Assembly: GCA_043803405.1 (NCBI GenBank)
Contig: JAZDKB010000053.1
Coordinates: forward strand, 21,185 to 85,184
Direction of reading: 5' to 3'
DNA length: 64,000 bases
Origin: Spirochaetota bacterium
Lineage (GTDB): Bacteria > Spirochaetota > UBA4802 > JAFGDQ01
In this document: positions 48,976 through 59,317 of the stretch, in pieces
How positions within the stretch are numbered: the first letter of the stretch is position 1
Layout: every line of letters starts with the position of its first letter
Program-made: the position numbers and the translations under genes
The notes under the pieces: model-generated
The model's database searches: none
What the model was told of the DNA's origin: nothing
What the model saw: only the letters and a program-made list of their open reading frames with translations

Positions 48976-50208
48976 TTAAATAAATATCTGCCCCTGCAGG
49001 GTTGCTTTCTTTTCTCCTGAAGCGGCTTTATTGTCCTTGCCCATCGGGTTCTGGTATTCGGCCTTGATATTGGCGTTGTGGCCGTCAATAAAGTAATTTA
49101 AACCGAAAGTCATTGAAGAAGACTCTTTATCGTCAGCAAAATAAGTATCGCCCTTCCAGTACTGGTATTTTATTACAGGCTGAACCTGCCCCATAAACAA
49201 AAAGCCCATCTGCCCGAAGTAGCCGTACTGGGTTACGGTATTGGCATCAGGCCGGTATTTCATTCTTACGTAGCCGCCCTGCAGCGTTATGACAAGCTCA
49301 TCGCTTACTTTGTAATCAATAGTCGCATCCCCGGTCAAAGCGAGATAATTTCCGAGTTCGCCGTCTATAATAGAAGCATCTTTCTGGAAGTCAATGCCTC
49401 CGCCTATAGACAGTACATTTTTTTTACCGAGGTAATTCCCGCTGTAGAAAAAGCCTGTTTCCGGATCGGCAAAGTTAAGCTGTATCCTGCCGCAAAAGCG
49501 CGGCCAGTTGTCGGGATTTATATCGTCGGTTTTTTCCGGTGTGCCTTTAAGATCCCTTGCCTGGCCGCGGAAAACGCCTATCCTGTAATCGAAAACGCGC
49601 TTCGCGATACCCCTGATCTCAACTCCTGTATCGCGCCATTCGTTGCTTGTTGTGCCTGCGGGGATCACAAGCGAGTTATAATCAACGCCAAGCAGGCTGG
49701 CTGCGGACTCCAGATTATGATGCATGAACGGGAGGCAGATGAGGCCTGCGGCAACTTCAAATGCATTACTGAATTTGTAATTGATAAAGGCGTCCTGAGT
49801 ATAAACGCCTTTGCTGTCTTTTGTTGTATGTGTATGATTTGTAGTTTCAGTCGTTCCGCTTGATGTTTTATCGCTTGAATTCTGCGAACCGGATCCATTC
49901 TTCCCGATTAAGATGTCGTCAGTCTGTATAAAAAATTCGACATTCTTTGCTGCTTCTCCGTTAAGAATAAACCTTGACCGCCTCACCTGGAACCCGCTTG
50001 CCCATTTCGCGTCGCTTTCGCTTTCCCCTGCTTCGGAATCATATTCGTTCATTGAGTAAGCCTGTGCCTGAATCAGGCCGTGAATTGCGATCCATCTGTG
50101 ATCTCCATAAGAGAGCTTTGCAACGCCCTTATCTTCTTCCGCAAAAACCGGTAATATTGAAAATATAAGAATTAACAATGTTATATAGACTTTAATCAGT
50201 CTGTGCAT
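48976..50208 (-). CDS. Porin, OprO/OprP-like
   Basis: Signal peptide; FQVRRSRF, QDAFI, WRDTGV, GLNYFIDGHNANIK. Confidence 0.72.
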   Translation of the reverse strand: MHRLIKVYITLLILIFSILPVFAEEDKGVAKLSYGDHRWIAIHGLIQAQAYSMNEYDSEAGESESDAKWASGFQVRRSRFILNGEAAKNVEFFIQTDDILIGKNGSGSQNSSDKTSSGTTETTNHTHTTKDSKGVYTQDAFINYKFSNAFEVAAGLICLPFMHHNLESAASLLGVDYNSLVIPAGTTSNEWRDTGVEIRGIAKRVFDYRIGVFRGQARDLKGTPEKTDDINPDNWPRFCGRIQLNFADPETGFFYSGNYLGKKNVLSIGGGIDFQKDASIIDGELGNYLALTGDATIDYKVSDELVITLQGGYVRMKYRPDANTVTQYGYFGQMGFLFMGQVQPVIKYQYWKGDTYFADDKESSSMTFGLNYFIDGHNANIKAEYQNPMGKDNKAASGEKKATLQGQIFI

Positions 50209-50702
50209 AAAAAAGTCCTCCTCGGAAAATATTTCTATAATTGCCGCAATTTCATAAAAAAACTCGTTATCTGCCTGCTTGTCAAATATAAAATTTACAT
50301 AGTTTAATAATATATTTAGGGTTTATATTTAAAGTCACTTAAATTAAAAAGGCATACTAATCATTATTCCGACTTATAAAATAGAAGCTGGATTTGCAAT
50401 CTACATAAAAAATTATATTAATATAATTAAAATTAATATTATTACTTGTAAAATATTAATTATCTGCTATTATTACATAATAAAAAAATAATTCACTGCA
50501 CTCTGATCAATTGAATATCGGCAAGATAATAAAAATATAGTCCGATAGATTCATGATCAAACCCAATTGACGCATTCCATGCTCAATTATCTTAAGTTTT
50601 GTTTGCATTATTATTCTCAGCGAGCCAGTCGCGGGATACGATAAAGAACCCGGATATATATTATTTTAAATATATATGATTTTAAATATCCAGGAGGTAA
50701 AG

Positions 50703-52007
50703 ATGCACAAACGAAAAAAACTTAAAAAGATTTTGCTCTCATTTTCAGTATTTGTTTTATTCATGTTCCCTATAAGTGTTACTTATTCCGAACATAAACA
50801 AAAACATCCGGTCAATAAAGAAATAATAAATTTTATCTTAAACAATTTTAAAAAGAATTCGCATGTAACTTTAAAGGAATACGAACTGAACAGGCAGTGG
50901 GTTTTTACGGAATTAGATATACATGATGAAGAGACTTACCCTATCACGATCAACGTACTTGCCAGCCTTAAAAAAATGCCGGAAAAGATCGTTTATATGA
51001 TTGCGCCTCCGGGATTCAATTTCCAGTTCAATTATTTTTCAAACAGCGACAAAAGCATAGCGCGCTACATGATGGATAATGATTATCTGGTTATCGGCAT
51101 TACGTTCAGGGAGAATAATCTTCCCCCTGAGACGAACGAAGTTTTTCTTAAAGACTGGGGCTTAAAAAAACATCGCCTTGATATCCGTAAAATCGTTACG
51201 ACAATAAACAAAATAATCAAACTTCCTTATGACATGCTCGGCCAGGCGGCTTCGGCAGTATGCGTTCTGGATTATGCAGCCAGTTATTCGGATAATCTGG
51301 ACACAATAATCCTTCTGGATACCGACAGTTTCGATCCTTCCATACAGCCTGAAAAAGTTCAATACGCGAATATGACTTATAGCGCCCTGAATCAGATAAT
51401 GGATGGGGGCACGTATGCCGATCCTTTTGTTATCAATCTCCAGAATTTAATACACACTGCGCTTTTATACCCGGGCATGGACTCCGGGCAGAGCAGGGAG
51501 TTTATGGGATTGCCGGGCAACTTTACGGTAAACGGACTGGTTCATCTGGCTTTGATATATACGACGTATATGGCAGGAATCCATACGCCGATTACGGGCC
51601 TTCCCGGAGAATGGGTGATGCTTCAGGGAGTCTCTGCCGGCTATTATAATTTCGCTTTTGACCCGGCTCAGGATACTTTCGGATTGAATAATATTTCTTT
51701 GCCGGTTGTAGATGCAGCAACATTGTTGAACGGCTCCGGCATAACTCCCATTGCCATCAACCGCGATCTGCATGCCTTGCTGTCCCTGAACGGTCAGTAC
51801 ACGATCAACTGGAAAGGGATAAAAGAAAAAGTAATCATGGTCAATGGGCAATACAGCTCCGGCAACCAGACCTATTACGGAACGCTGATACAAAACGCAG
51901 GAAACAATGACGTATCAATTACAGTAATTCCCGGATACGCTTATCTTGACTTGCTGCTGGGAGAGAATGCCCAAACCGATGTGTGGCCGTATTTTATTAA
52001 TGATTAA
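50703..52007 (+). CDS. Exported alpha/beta-hydrolase-fold protein, catalytic residues apparently altered
   Basis: SIARYMMDNDY, LGQAASA, IILLD, PGYAYLDLLLG; AGGAGG RBS before ATG 50703. Confidence 0.65.
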   Translation: MHKRKKLKKILLSFSVFVLFMFPISVTYSEHKQKHPVNKEIINFILNNFKKNSHVTLKEYELNRQWVFTELDIHDEETYPITINVLASLKKMPEKIVYMIAPPGFNFQFNYFSNSDKSIARYMMDNDYLVIGITFRENNLPPETNEVFLKDWGLKKHRLDIRKIVTTINKIIKLPYDMLGQAASAVCVLDYAASYSDNLDTIILLDTDSFDPSIQPEKVQYANMTYSALNQIMDGGTYADPFVINLQNLIHTALLYPGMDSGQSREFMGLPGNFTVNGLVHLALIYTTYMAGIHTPITGLPGEWVMLQGVSAGYYNFAFDPAQDTFGLNNISLPVVDAATLLNGSGITPIAINRDLHALLSLNGQYTINWKGIKEKVIMVNGQYSSGNQTYYGTLIQNAGNNDVSITVIPGYAYLDLLLGENAQTDVWPYFIND

Positions 52008-52097
52008 AAGAAATTTAATACATCATTGTATTAAATGTTAATAAATGTCCCAGCCGATATTTGAAAAAAGATTTTGCGATGTACTATTAATAAAACA

Positions 52098-52137
52098 AAA
52101 AGAGGCTGTCCTAAATTGCCTTCAGGACAGCCTCTTT
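52098..52137. terminator. Bidirectional intrinsic terminator
   Basis: AAAGAGGCTGTCCT-11 nt-AGGACAGCCTCTTT between convergent genes. Confidence 0.8.
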
Positions 52138-52167
52138 ATTATATTCGTAATTTATTTCCGTTTTTTC

Positions 52168-53457
52168 TTAGTCGGAAAAATCCCCTTCAGGGCCTTTGTT
52201 CCCGTGAACGGATTTTACCTTTTCCCTTATCTTTGGTTCTGTCCAGTCTTCCGCCTTCTCTATCTTTTTGGACTTCGCTTTAAGATTGTACGATTTCGCT
52301 TTAAGGATTGCCTCAATTGCGAGCGGAGCAGTATTGCCTGCGTTGAAAACCTTTGTCAAAATATTGTAAGTAAAGTCCTCTACTCTCTTTGCCATTCTGT
52401 CCCTGACTGCCTTGGGCTGCCCCAATAGTTTATTTTCAAATGGAAGATTCAGCTTTTTGTAATCGCCGGGCTTCCATTCCTTTGATTTCGCATATTCAAC
52501 CATTTCCGCCCACATCTCTTCGGTCATGCCCTGATCCTTCACCTTAATAAAACCGCCCTGGGTATCGAACTGTGCATTCCCGTAATCGTTAACTTCAAGT
52601 CCCCATATAAGCATTTGCAGAGCGGTAGCTACGTTTGCCTTCGTAGTCCTTGTCTCACTCGCTATTCTCCGCAGACGGTCGGAGCTGTTTCCGGATGTGC
52701 CGTGCTGGGCTCCCGAAACATTGTACTTTGCGAGAGCTTTGTGTATCTCCGCGGTCAGCTCAACCTGAATGCCAGCGTCGCTCGCTTCTATGCCGTGAGT
52801 TGTGCCGTTATTCAGCGCTATCCAGTCCGGGAAAATGCCGTTCGCGTTTAGTCCCTGAATAAGGAAAAGCGCCTCTTCTTTGGTTGAAAGCCCTTCTTTG
52901 CCTTTAATCTCGCCGACTTCGGTTTCATATCCCGCCCACTTGGGAATATACTGGTTCAGGGCGATGTTCGCGAGTAAATTTTCTTCCTCAGGCATATTGG
53001 AAGCATCGATTGCGATTGAAGTAATCCCTGCGTCAAACATACTGGGAATCTCAACTTTTGCCTTATCAACATCCTTCTGATTTTTTAATTGATAATGATC
53101 CGCATGAATTGCAACAGGTACTGTTATGCCAAGCTCGTTCATAACAGTGTTAACCAGCGTTGCCATGTTCCATGAGCTAACCGCGCAGTATGCACCGGAC
53201 CCTCCCTCCGATTTTGCGATCTCTATTATAATTGCTGCCTTGGCTCTCTGTGCTGCTTTCAGCACGCCGCGTATAACAAAAAGACTCCTGGCATTGGCGG
53301 CAATCGTCATTGCCTTGCCCTTTGCCATTAAGGCCCTGTCTATGACCTTCCCGCTAACGATAAGCGCGTTTGAATGCGGAAACAGCTTTACGATATTCGG
53401 CGTTCTTCCGATTTCCAAAGCTTTTTTAAAATCTTTAGCCATTGAATCCTTAGCCAT
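52168..53457 (-). CDS. fba: Class II fructose-bisphosphate aldolase
   Basis: IHADHY, IDAS, ETEVGEI, NNGTTHG, AQHGTSG, KANVAT. Confidence 0.88.
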   Translation of the reverse strand: MAKDSMAKDFKKALEIGRTPNIVKLFPHSNALIVSGKVIDRALMAKGKAMTIAANARSLFVIRGVLKAAQRAKAAIIIEIAKSEGGSGAYCAVSSWNMATLVNTVMNELGITVPVAIHADHYQLKNQKDVDKAKVEIPSMFDAGITSIAIDASNMPEEENLLANIALNQYIPKWAGYETEVGEIKGKEGLSTKEEALFLIQGLNANGIFPDWIALNNGTTHGIEASDAGIQVELTAEIHKALAKYNVSGAQHGTSGNSSDRLRRIASETRTTKANVATALQMLIWGLEVNDYGNAQFDTQGGFIKVKDQGMTEEMWAEMVEYAKSKEWKPGDYKKLNLPFENKLLGQPKAVRDRMAKRVEDFTYNILTKVFNAGNTAPLAIEAILKAKSYNLKAKSKKIEKAEDWTEPKIREKVKSVHGNKGPEGDFSD

Positions 53458-53516
53458 ATAAATCCTCCATAAATATTTTTTTTTTACTTTTTTGCGGTAA
53501 CATATTTATAAATATT

Positions 53517-54413
53517 TTATTTTTTTCCGTTTTTAACAGCATTAAAGACTTCCTGCGCCTGCCTGGGAGTTGCTTTCTCGTGAATGACCGCGTAAAGCGC
53601 TCTCATCATTGCAACCGGATATGCATGCTGCCACACGTTTCTGCCGAGATTAACTCCGATCGCTCCCTTCTGCATTCCGTCGTAAACAAAATCGAATACT
53701 TCCAACTCGGTCTCGCATATTGGGCCGCCCGCGATCACAACAGGCACCGGGCATCCATTTGTTATTTTATCGAAATCCTCTTTGGCATAATAAGTCTTAA
53801 CTACTTTTGCGCCAAGCTCGGCCGCGATCCTGCACGAGAGAGAAAGGAAGCGCGCTGTTCTTTTATCCAGTTCCTTGCCTACGGCAGTAACTGCCATTAC
53901 CGGGATGCCGTAGTTTTCGCAATCGTTCACAAGGTCCGCCAGGTTCTGCAGCGACTCTTTTTCGTAATCGGTTCCGACAAAAATTGAAACGCCTACTGCC
54001 GCTACATTCAGTCTTATAATATCTTCAACTGAAGTTGTTATTACTTCGTTTGCAAGGTCTTTGCCTATAACGCTTGTGCCGCCCGAAACGCGCAGAATTA
54101 CAGGAGTATTTAAATGCGCATCAATAGAGCTCCGCAAAACCCCTCTTGTAACAAAAAGCCCGTCCGCATAGGGAAGTAGCTCTTCGATTGTTTCAGCCGG
54201 CCGCTCAAGGCATCTTGTTGGCCCCTGAAAGTAACCGTGATCTATAGGCAGAAAAAAGCAATGCCCGTCCGGCTTAATAAGCCGCGACAGCCTGTTCTTT
54301 ATTCCCCAGTCCAGATTTTCCGCACCCTTAATATATTTTCCACTGCCGGTCCTTTTTATTTCCGGCATCTCGCTTGCGCTTCTTGAATCCAAAATTCCTG
54401 CTGCATCTGCCAT
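53517..54413 (-). CDS. lsrF: LsrF-like class I aldolase/thiolase
   Basis: LDWGIKNRLSR, DHGYFQGPT, TRGVLR, RIAAELGA..VKTYY, CPVPVVIAGG, GRNVWQ. Confidence 0.88.
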   Translation of the reverse strand: MADAAGILDSRSASEMPEIKRTGSGKYIKGAENLDWGIKNRLSRLIKPDGHCFFLPIDHGYFQGPTRCLERPAETIEELLPYADGLFVTRGVLRSSIDAHLNTPVILRVSGGTSVIGKDLANEVITTSVEDIIRLNVAAVGVSIFVGTDYEKESLQNLADLVNDCENYGIPVMAVTAVGKELDKRTARFLSLSCRIAAELGAKVVKTYYAKEDFDKITNGCPVPVVIAGGPICETELEVFDFVYDGMQKGAIGVNLGRNVWQHAYPVAMMRALYAVIHEKATPRQAQEVFNAVKNGKK

Positions 54414-54821
54414 CTTCCAGTCTCCTTTCTCTTTTGTAATAATTTACTTAATTTCTTTGTTATTTATTACTTGTTGCATCCGTTCATAATATTGGACTAT
54501 TTTAAAAAAGCAAGATTTTATTTCAATATATTAATATTTATAAAAAGAGACAAAGAAAACAGCTTAAAACACTTATCAAAATATAAATGTCCCAGAAGAG
54601 CAATAATTTTTATTTATAGAAGATATTGTTCACGCGGTTGAAATATGATTATATATATAAAATAATATTTGCCAACGTACGGGAAAAGCTTGCCAACACA
54701 TCGGGAAGCTATGCAAATGTGCAGATTCTTTTCCTGCGCGCGGGCAAGACATTGTAATATCAGATGAATTGGTTTTTAAATGAAATATATGGATAAAAAT
54801 AGTATATAAAGGAAAGCAGAT

Positions 54822-54861
54822 AAAACGGGCATTCGAATATTTGCATTCAAATGCCCGTTTT
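54822..54861 (-). terminator. Intrinsic terminator after adk
   Basis: AAAACGGGCATT ... AATGCCCGTTTT hairpin 36 nt past the adk stop. Confidence 0.7.
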
Positions 54862-54896
54862 ACGGAAACGGTTTTAAACAATCTATAATAAAATAT

Positions 54897-55589
54897 TTAT
54901 TTCAACTGGCCCATCAGTTTATCGCTTACTGATTTAATATCCGAAGTACCGTCAAGCTCAATAATAATCGGTTTGCCTTTATTAGCTTTTGAAAGCTCCT
55001 TAAAATAAATAACAGAAGCAAGAGTACCGTTCTTTTTATCGTAATAAATATCGTGGCGTTTTCTGATCGCTTCTTCATCCTGGTCGTCCGACCTTGCTGA
55101 CAGGCTGCCGCCGCAAACCCTGCATATCTGTTTGCCATCTTTCTCAGCAGGTTTTATCGCATCAATGAAAACATGGTTAGGATGATTCCCGTCCTTTTCG
55201 CAAATGCGTCTGCCCATTATTCTTTTCTTTGCGATTTCCCTGTCCAGGGTTATCTCAATAACGTAATCCAGGTTAATGCCTGCCTTGTTAAGCGCGTTGT
55301 TTAAAGCAATTCCCTGCTCCGCATTTCTAGGAAAGCCGTCAAGCAGCCATCCTTTTTTACAATCCGGCTCTTTTAGCCTGTCAAGAATCATAGGTATTGT
55401 AATATCATCCGGCACAAGCGCGCCTTTGTCTATGTATGCCTTTGCTTTTTTTCCCAGCTCTGTTCCCTTCTTGATGTTGTCCCTGAAAATTACGCCGGAC
55501 TCAACATGCGTTATATTATATTTTTTCTGAACGATTGCGCCCTGAGTCCCTTTACCGCTGCCGTTCGGCCCAAATATTAAAATATTCAT
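54897..55589 (-). CDS. adk: Adenylate kinase with Cys/His metal-binding LID
   Basis: GPNGSGKGTQ, LVPD, LDGFPR, RSDD; C-x5-H-x19-C-x2-C. Confidence 0.95.
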   Translation of the reverse strand: MNILIFGPNGSGKGTQGAIVQKKYNITHVESGVIFRDNIKKGTELGKKAKAYIDKGALVPDDITIPMILDRLKEPDCKKGWLLDGFPRNAEQGIALNNALNKAGINLDYVIEITLDREIAKKRIMGRRICEKDGNHPNHVFIDAIKPAEKDGKQICRVCGGSLSARSDDQDEEAIRKRHDIYYDKKNGTLASVIYFKELSKANKGKPIIIELDGTSDIKSVSDKLMGQLK

Positions 55590-55686
55590 ACGATATCTCC
55601 GTTTTTAAAAGTTGATTATTTTGACATTGACTAATAAATACTCTCATATATATTTGTAAAGTAAATTTCTTAGGAAATAATTACCA

Positions 55687-56088
55687 ATGGAAACAGCAAT
55701 ACTTAATATAATAAAGAAAAGGCCGTTTGTATTTGTTTCTTATTTTAACGTGCTGTATTTTTTCGAAATAATTAACCTCATGTTCCTGCTTTTAATGATT
55801 TACGGAAAAGTAATTTCGGTTTTAAGCGGTATTATTTTATCCGTATTGCTGTCGTTTCATATAATAAACTTATATTATAAAAAAGAAATAAACAGGAAGA
55901 TGCAGCTTTTCATGATGGACGTTCATCTCGCATACTCCCTTCCTTTTCTTTTAATTACTGCGCTGAATTTTTACGGGAGCAGCGTGCCTGACTATTTATT
56001 TGTTTTAGTAAGATCAGTTATAGTATGCTTTGATATTTTATTTATTTATATTCTGAGTGACTATAAAGAAGAAAATGCAGCAATTTAG
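55687..56088 (+). CDS. Hypothetical membrane protein
   Basis: About four hydrophobic segments; clean divergent position. Confidence 0.6.
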   Translation: METAILNIIKKRPFVFVSYFNVLYFFEIINLMFLLLMIYGKVISVLSGIILSVLLSFHIINLYYKKEINRKMQLFMMDVHLAYSLPFLLITALNFYGSSVPDYLFVLVRSVIVCFDILFIYILSDYKEENAAI

Positions 56089-56166
56089 ACAGTAACGTCT
56101 AAATTTTTTTTCCGGAAGAATAAAGTACTTATTATACTCCTACGGCTACCAAATTAAATTTATACA

Positions 56167-56352
56167 TACCCTCATCCCCCTTCTCTCAGATAGCTGCTAT
56201 GATTTTGTATAAATTAAATAGAGAATTTAATATTATTGAAAAGTTTTGCTGATAGTTCAAGGGAGAAGGGGAACTTTCCCCTCTCCCCGAGTTATATTTA
56301 AGTTTTCTGTAAAGATATTGTTCGGGGAGAGGGGAGTAAGGGGTGAGGGCAT
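56167..56352. repeat. Family B (BoxC-like) inverted pair with AT-rich loops
   Basis: CCCTCATCCCCCTTCTCTC...GGGAGAAGGGG then CCCCTCTCCCCGA...TCGGGGAGAGGGGAGTAAGGGGTGAGGGCAT. Confidence 0.75.
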
Positions 56353-56387
56353 CTGACGTTTCCCACGCCAGATTTATTATATTTAAT

Positions 56388-56464
56388 TTAGAATGTATCC
56401 CAAAAGCTATTATTGTCTCTATAAGCAACATAGCGATAAATAAGGGTTTGGGATCGCACTCTAA
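56388..56464. repeat. Family E repeat, short copy in opposite orientation
   Basis: Reverse complement GTGCGATCCCAAACC..TATTTATCGCTATGTTGCTTAT..AGACAATAATA matches 10156-10207. Confidence 0.7.
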
Positions 56465-56470
56465 AGTTAT

Positions 56471-57739
56471 TTACCCTTTGCTGTTGCTGTCTATCCACAC
56501 CCGTACTGCATACCTGTAATAATCAACAGGCGGCGGAGCAGGATCGAGATTTTTAACGATAAGCTTTCTCGCCCATCTTCTTTCGGCGTATTCGCAAATG
56601 TCCTTTATGTTCCTGCCCGAAAGATTATTCGAAGTCTTCGCAATGACCGCGAGTTCCTCCGGTTTAAGATGCATTGCGTAATTCGAGAATATTGCAGCGC
56701 GCTCCTTTTCGTTCGGAAGCGGGAAATGAATGGACTGGTCGAACCTGCTTATTAGCGCGTGATCCAGATCGTTTCTTCTGTTGGTAGCTCCGATAGTGAT
56801 AGTGCTGGTGATTGCGTCAATGCCGTCCAGCCTGCGCAGCAGAACTGACAGAACGCGCCTCGTGGCCTCGAACATATTGTCGTCGCGCGAGCCTGCAAGC
56901 GAGTCAATCTCGTCAAGGAAAAGTATCGCTCCTCCGAGATCTTCGCAGGCATCGAATATTTCAGCCAGGTTCTGCGACGACTGCCCGTACCACTTCGACA
57001 TAATGGACTCGATCGGCACATACACAAGCGGTACTTTTGCCTCTCCCGCGATAATGCGCGCTGCCGTAGTCTTGCCCACACCCGGGGGTCCCTCGAACAA
57101 TATCGCCTTCGGCCTGTTCGACTCGAAAGACATGCGCGTTAGCTTCGCGATCGAATCGTATATTGCCGGGTTCTGCAAAGGCAGTATGATAGTATCTTTA
57201 ATATTTCTTTTTACTTCCTCGTAGCCTGCAATGTACGACCAGTCAAGCCCCTCGCTGTCCGTAATCACGGAAGCGCCAACACGGATAAGGCGCATCACAG
57301 GATCGTCTTTCACGGCAGAGAATGCTGCCTTAAAAAGCTCCAGCGCCAGGTTGACTTCTTCCTGGGCAAGGTTCCCTTTCTTTGTAATATCTACTTTGAA
57401 ATTCGTTGTGATTCCCGAAAGCTCTATCTTAATATTATCCAGAATATTATCAGTTTTAAAAAGATTGGTGTTCAATGCCTGAAAAGCGAAATACCCGTTC
57501 TCAAAATGATGCACCCTTATGTTTATTAGATGATCTTTTATTATAGAAATAAAGGTGACCAGAAGATTGTCATTGATGTACGGGAGCGAAAAAGAGATTT
57601 TAGTCTTGCCCTGCTCGTACGAAACCGACGGGGGGACGATCGCGTCTTTTTTACGCTTTTCAATCAACCCGGCAATTTCTTTTTCAACAGTATCCTTCAT
57701 CTGGTTAAAGGATATTTCAGCCGCCTGGTTATTTTCCAT
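56471..57739 (-). CDS. AAA-family ATPase
   Basis: GPPGVGKT, FLDEIDS, GATNR, LDHALISRF. Confidence 0.9.
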   Translation of the reverse strand: MENNQAAEISFNQMKDTVEKEIAGLIEKRKKDAIVPPSVSYEQGKTKISFSLPYINDNLLVTFISIIKDHLINIRVHHFENGYFAFQALNTNLFKTDNILDNIKIELSGITTNFKVDITKKGNLAQEEVNLALELFKAAFSAVKDDPVMRLIRVGASVITDSEGLDWSYIAGYEEVKRNIKDTIILPLQNPAIYDSIAKLTRMSFESNRPKAILFEGPPGVGKTTAARIIAGEAKVPLVYVPIESIMSKWYGQSSQNLAEIFDACEDLGGAILFLDEIDSLAGSRDDNMFEATRRVLSVLLRRLDGIDAITSTITIGATNRRNDLDHALISRFDQSIHFPLPNEKERAAIFSNYAMHLKPEELAVIAKTSNNLSGRNIKDICEYAERRWARKLIVKNLDPAPPPVDYYRYAVRVWIDSNSKG

Positions 57740-57811
57740 AGAGATCTCCGCTTGGCAAATTTTGCTGCTTTTAACTATTACAAATAAGCCTGCCGCCTGC
57801 TGAAATAGATT

Positions 57812-59101
57812 CTAACTCCTTTTATCTATCTCGACATAATCGCGTAATTTATATCCTGTATATATCTGGCGCGGCCTGCCTATCCTGAACGGCACAGTGT
57901 CGTGCATCTCTTTCCACTGGGCGATCCAGCCCGGCATTCTGCCGATCGCAAACATTACCGGATACATCTCCGTGGGTATGCCGATAGCCCTGTAAAGAAT
58001 GCCGCTGTAAAAGTCCATGTTCGGGAAAAGCCTTCGCTCAAGGAAATAGTCGTCTTTCAGAACAGCCTGCTCAAGTTCCAGGGCAATATCGATGAGCGGC
58101 TCCTTAATAGCAAATTTTTGAAATATAAGATTGCAGTAATCTTTAAGAATTTTTGCGCGCGGGTCATAATTTTTATAAATACGATGCCCGAAACCGTAAA
58201 GCCGGAATTTGTTGCTTTTATCCTTGGCCCGTTCAATGCACTGCTTTATCGACATCCCTTCATTCTTAATGTCTTCGAGCATTTCAATAACGCGCTGGTT
58301 TGCTCCGCCGTGCAAAGGACCCCATAGCGCGCAAATGCCTGCGCAGATCGATGAATACAGATTCACCATGCTGCTGCCGACAAGCCTTACCGTTGATGTG
58401 CTGCAGTTCTGCTCGTGGTCCGCATGAAGAATGAGAAGCACATTCATCGCTTTTTCGATCTCCGGTTCAACATTGTATGATTTTACCGGGCTGGAGAACA
58501 TCATGTTTAAAAAGTTCCCGCAGTATCTTAAATCGTGCTTCGGATAAACGAACGGTTCGCCTATTGAATGTTTATACGAATATGCGGCAATGGTTCGTAT
58601 CTTGGAGATCAGTATTGCGGCCATTACATCAAACGTGCTGGAAATAAATTCTTCAGTATAAAAGTACGGGTAATATACGGAAAGCGCATTCACCATTGTG
58701 CTTAAAATTGCCATAGGATGAGCCGTAACCGGAAAGCCGTCAAAAAAACGGAGCATCTCTTCATGTATCATTGAATTCTCGTTAAGCCTTCCGGAAAAAA
58801 TCTTTCGCTCATTTTCAGTAGGAAGATGTCCGTAAACAAGCAGATAACATATCTCGGTAAAAGGAGCCTTCTCTGCCAGCACTTCAATCGGATACCCCCT
58901 GTATCTCAGAATGCCTTTCTCCCCGTCGACATATGTAATGGCGCTCAGGCACGAACCCGTATTCTGATAACCCGGATCTAGCGTAATAAAACCGCTCTTA
59001 CTTCTTAATGCCGATATATCTACTGCTCTTTCACCTTCCGTGCCCTCTACAAGCGGCAGGCCGTAATTTTTGCCTTCAATATTGAATATCGCCTCAGCCA
59101 T
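57812..59101 (-). CDS. gltA: Citrate synthase (type II-like)
   Basis: GILRYRGY, HADHEQNCST, GPLHGGAN, GFGHRIYKNYDPRA, PNMDFYSG; start placed at ATG 59101 behind GGAG. Confidence 0.95.
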   Translation of the reverse strand: MAEAIFNIEGKNYGLPLVEGTEGERAVDISALRSKSGFITLDPGYQNTGSCLSAITYVDGEKGILRYRGYPIEVLAEKAPFTEICYLLVYGHLPTENERKIFSGRLNENSMIHEEMLRFFDGFPVTAHPMAILSTMVNALSVYYPYFYTEEFISSTFDVMAAILISKIRTIAAYSYKHSIGEPFVYPKHDLRYCGNFLNMMFSSPVKSYNVEPEIEKAMNVLLILHADHEQNCSTSTVRLVGSSMVNLYSSICAGICALWGPLHGGANQRVIEMLEDIKNEGMSIKQCIERAKDKSNKFRLYGFGHRIYKNYDPRAKILKDYCNLIFQKFAIKEPLIDIALELEQAVLKDDYFLERRLFPNMDFYSGILYRAIGIPTEMYPVMFAIGRMPGWIAQWKEMHDTVPFRIGRPRQIYTGYKLRDYVEIDKRS

Positions 59102-59317
59102 TTTTCTCTCCGTGAAATGCTTTATTGCCATGAATAAAAAATCTAAGATTTATCGAATTCAGAATCATTATTTATATTTATAAAGACTGTATTGCAACAA
59201 ATATTTGAATGCGTGTATAATTACGAGGATAAAATAAACTAGGGCTTTGATCTGATAAGTTCAAATTTAAAATATTTTTTAATTCAAGATCATGCGTTCT
59301 AAGCACTAGCCTGCGGA

